Positions 59,919 through 64,000 of a stretch of 64,000 nucleotides of DNA are shown piece by piece. Position numbers and translations under genes: made by a program. The notes below the pieces were generated by a model, which was not told where the DNA came from, did no database searches, and saw nothing but the letters and a program-made list of their open reading frames with translations. Source of the DNA: Pristiophorus japonicus (taxonomy: Eukaryota); contig NC_091998.1 of assembly GCF_044704955.1 (NCBI RefSeq), positions 58,900,001-58,964,000 on the forward strand. The letters are read 5' to 3'. Numbering within the stretch: the first letter of the stretch is position 1; every line of letters starts with the position of its first letter.

Positions 59919-62900
59919 ATGAAGACTGAGATTGGACCCGTGACCATTCCAATGGTTGATAGTGAATCTCGAAGGTAAGATTTTGTTTAGTGTTTAATCC
60001 CAAACTGAGCGATGCCAGTCGCTCTCTATCTCTGAATCCTGCCCATGTTTGCAGCAACTAAATGATGCTCGCTCTATCCGCAGAACCTTCAGTCACCGCC
60101 GCCGCAGGAATTCTCGCCTGACTTCTCCGGTCTCCTGCCCCCAGCTCAAGGTAAGAATCTTTCACTGGCATTGTATCAACCTGATATTGGTGTGTGGGGG
60201 GGGGGGGGGGGGGACATGCATTTTGTTACAGTTACAGTAAGCTTGAGTTGGTAAATATTACAATGCTCTGAGCGAGCAGAATTCACAATGCAAATTGAAC
60301 CCTCTTTGGAAATATTTTCTCAGTGCAGAGATTAAATTCCCAGGCCCCACCCCACACTCCAGCCCACCAATCCGGGCTGCGAGAGTTTCCTCTGTCTCAG
60401 CCCTCACAGAACCAGAGACATTTACAGCACGGAGCGAGACCATTTGGCCCATCGAATCCGCGCCGGCCGACCAAGAGCAACCCAGCTTAATCCCACTTTC
60501 CAGCTCTCGGTCCGTAGCCCTGCAGGTTACGGCACTTCACGTGCACATCCAAGTATTTTTTAAATGTGGTGAGGGTTTCTGCCTCTACCACCCTTTCAGG
60601 CAGTGAATTTCAGACCCCCACTACCCTCTGGGTGAAGACATTTCCCCTCAAATCCCCTTTAAACCTGCTACCAGTCACTGTAAAGCTATGCACCCTGGTT
60701 ATTATCCCCTCTGCTAAGGAAACAGGTTCTTCCTATCCACTCTATCTAGGCCCCTCATAATTTTACACACCTCAATTAGGTCTCCCCTCAGCCTCCTCTG
60801 CTCCAAAGAAAACAGACCCAACCTATCCAATCTTCCCTCACAGCTAAAATTCTCCGTCATGTGCTCCAACTTGCCAGCCACAGGGTATCAGTGTGTGGTG
60901 CCTGCAGCGGTTGGGAGGTCCTGTTTCTGCACCAATTGCAGTAATTCCAGGCAATCCCCTGAGTGTATCCTGGGCGCAGCTTCTTGTCCATGGTGTTACA
61001 GAGACATCGCATTCCTTCATCTCAACTCCCACTAAACATGCCTGGGACCCTTGGCATTTCTGGGGGGGCTGGAGGCTGGGGCAAAAAAAGCACATCACCC
61101 GCCAACGAGACTGGACTCACTGAATCTAACTGTTTGCTCATTTTGCAGAGCCTATTTCAAGAGACCTTACCAAAAGTGATGGAGACGAGCACGGCCAATC
61201 ACCGAGCAGACGGAGAGAGCTATCAGCTAGAAATCACCGGGACATCCTCGTCCATAACCACGGCCGGCAATGCAGTACTCTCGCTGGAAAAGGCTGTCAT
61301 GTTGGTCCTGGCTGTTGAAAAATTCAAGAAGGGGTTGGGGCGGCCGTCGAGCAATGGCTGGGGACACAAGGGCACTTCCTTCAAGGGCAGCGAGCTGCTC
61401 GGGAGCTTCAATGCGCTGGTGGAAGGTAAGAAGCGTTTCCTTCCAGTGTTGTCATTGGTGCCATGGCCAACTGTGTGAGCAGTGTGGCACCCGGCATCAT
61501 GGCTGCTGGCTGCTGTGTCAGTGCTTCTGTTGCTGCTCCCTCATTGTTGCTGGCTCAATATAGTGGCATTGCCCACAGCAGCTGTGGCATTCCCATTGGC
61601 GTAAGGATTTGACAAGACAGCCTGGCACCCGGGTAACCCGGGCTGGCCAAGAACTGCAGCCTTGCCAGCGCTGCCCAGAGACATATTACACTTCCAGATT
61701 GATTTTTTTTCTGATCAATCTCCGTTAATTTGCTGCGGTGAATAACTGCTTTCGATTTGTGCCAACAGAAGCCATTACCTGCATCAGCTATGACGACACT
61801 GAACAGGCGAACAGCTCCTACAGGTTCATGCGGAGTGAGCGCACGCAGGTGAAGGACGAGCAAGACAAGTCTCTGATGCTGTCGGACAACCTCCAGCTCG
61901 TCGCCCTGTTCTTGCAGGAGCCGAAGGACGAAGGTGGGTCACCTCAGCCCTTGCTCTTTTCTGGAACACTTCAAACAAGGAAAAGTTGGCCAAAGTATTT
62001 CAATCTTCCTGTTCGGAAGAAGAATTCTCTCCCGGTCACTGTCGCTCTTCCTTGCCCCGCCTCTATTCTCTCCCCGCCTCTCCTGACTCCCTGCACAGAG
62101 GCTGACTCTTGGCTGGGATATATTTCTACAGGAGTCACTCTCCCCCCCCCCCCCTCCCCAGTACCTCACCAACTTGGCCATTCTTACTGTGAGGCCAAAG
62201 TGTTGTCAGGCTATTCAGCCATGGGGGAGGCGCATCATAGCCCAGCCCGACTGATGTATATCCCCAGGATCACTAGATCAGGACCAGGAGCAGGGACCCT
62301 GGCCATTTCATCTGCTCCCTGGCGGAGTGTTGCTGAGGCCAATTGTAATGCACCAGTGCCTGCCTTGGTTAACTTGAACCTGACGACCATCCAGCCTGAA
62401 TGGCTCAATTCCATTCCAGATGGTGCATTTATCCAGTAATAACTGGGGAGCTGCACTTTTAGTAATCTTGGTCTCAATATATTCTGACGACAGTACTAAC
62501 ATGTTCCCTCTTTAACTTACAGTAACACTGGATGTGAGGTACTACAAGACCGCTGTGAGCACAGAGAATGATTTGCCTGTTGTTCTGGGAATCAACAGGC
62601 GGAATCTGTTCCTCTCTTGCACGGGATCACATGACAGACCCAGGATGCAGGTGGAGGTAAGGGATTGCACAGTTACCTGACAAATATCACGTCATTGCTA
62701 CCTGGAGGCTCGGCCTCTTCTGCCAGCCTGCCTGTGTTCATTCTCTACAACTTACATGTGTCAGAGGATTCAGTCCATGTTTTGCAACCTTCCCTTCACT
62801 CTGGCTGTGATGCCCCATGTCCACAATCTGACCAATTTCAACACTGGTTCTGCAGCTTCAGGGAAACCCCCTGCCCATATCTTACAGTCCATCTCCCCTC

Positions 62901-63714
62901 CTCCTGAAGGTGCTGCCTCTCTCTGCGACACTGGTTCCATGGGTGCTGGCCACCCTCCACTCACTCGCCCATGGAGCCAATCCTCAGATAGTGTATCAGA
63001 AAGCTATTTAACCTGAGGGTGCAGCCCCATAGCCCAATCCTAGCCTGGCCTGACCTGATACCCAAACATGTACAATCTCCAGCAGGGATCGCTGCACAGT
63101 GATCAGGAGCTGGAACCCTGGCATTTTTCCCCCGCCCTATCCCAGGAATGCTCTGTCCTCTCTCCCCTTCCTGGCCAAGGTCAGCTGGCTTAGAATAGTC
63201 CCGGGATCAAGGGCAATCACCCTGTGCATTTGCAGACAGTCAGCTGACGCGGAGTCTGGGCGGAGCCCTAATATCAGGGTAGCAGCCCCGCCAGGCACAG
63301 GAGCTGAATTCCCCAAGAAGGGAATGGGACGGGAAAGGGATGGGCGGCATTAGGTCTGCCGACTCAGAACCTCCCACCAACATCAAGAAACCAGCCCCGT
63401 GCACGCCAACATATCCTGAAATAAAGACCCCTGCAGCTTTTTCAGCTGAAATATAAATGTATTTCAATGTGTTCCAACCGATGATGTTTCTATTTGCACA
63501 GAAATGGGACAAGACTCTGCAGAATATCAGCAGTGCTACCGACCTGCTCCGCTTCGTGTTCTATAAGAAGGATTCGAGTTCTGGCGAGGACTTTGAGTTT
63601 GAATCGGCGATGTACCGGGGCTGGTACATCAGCACGTCCAGAAAGAGCAAACAGCCTGTGGACATGGACCGGAAGGAGCACCGCAAGAGAATCACAATCT
63701 TCACAGCGGAGTGA
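59919..63714 (+). CDS. il1b: Interleukin-1 beta-like precursor, copy 3; join(59919..59974,60084..60150,61149..61425,61769..61933,62523..62656,63502..63714), 303 aa
   Basis: Same exon sizes and splice sites. The protein reads identical to copy 1 (I5) and carries the synonymous TAT shared with copy 2. Confidence 0.93.
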
Positions 63715-64000
63715 GACCATCCCGAGCTCTCCGCAGTTCACAACACAAACCAGGAGTAGTTGGTTTCGGGAGAGCGTGTGTATGTACTAAGTACAGAATT
63801 CGCAATCCATTGAATTACAATCATTTTGGTCATATTGGACTGAAAAGATTGATGTTGGAATATGTTGGTGAAACACAGGTAGCAATATTTGTTACTGCTT
63901 GACTTGTATATTATTTGCATTTAAACTTTAGTGAAACGAAGGTGTCGTATTTTTGGATCGTGAGGACTAATGATTGTATAAGTTATTCAATATTATTATT
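63715..64000 (+). other. il1b copy 3 3'UTR (truncated by window end)
   Basis: Matches the other UTRs up to the start of the TTATTTATT cluster, where the window ends. Confidence 0.7.

Larger units (their letters stand above)
46499..64000 (+). repeat. Tandem segmental duplication unit 3 (runs off window end)
   Basis: Recurs with an offset of 18241 at its start, falling to ~18162-18171 after the shorter VNTR at ~50.9 kb. Confidence 0.95.

Noticed and set aside
61738-62439. 233-aa ORF unique to copy 3 as a novel isoform
   Set aside because: It is exon 4 reading through into intron 4, lengthened only by a C-run length difference. The splice donor at 61934 is intact.

Overview
This is vertebrate genomic DNA, most likely from a cartilaginous fish (shark), judged from the CR1, L2, RTE and DeuSINE repeat content and the IL-1 sequence. 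The main feature is a head-to-tail tandem array of an ~18.2 kb unit. Each unit carries an intact 6-exon interleukin-1 beta-like gene on the + strand, with CDS spans 23522-27306, 41757-45547 and 59919-63714. I assembled the exons by hand from GT-AG junctions, giving 912 nt and 303 aa. The three proteins are identical except I5V in copy 2. Each copy keeps a TATA promoter and an AU-rich 3'UTR; the window ends inside copy 3's UTR, so more copies may follow. The leftmost unit begins at ~10.3 kb and looks mosaic. Its upstream spacer is clearly more diverged and has different insertions (a full-length CR1 present, the 4.6 kb RTE absent), while its gene-bearing part is near-identical to the other copies. 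Positions 3.3-10.1 kb hold a four-level nest of CR1 LINEs with readable target-site duplications. Almost all other ORFs in the track are retrotransposon fragments or antisense noise. Identity levels quoted are estimated by eye, not computed.
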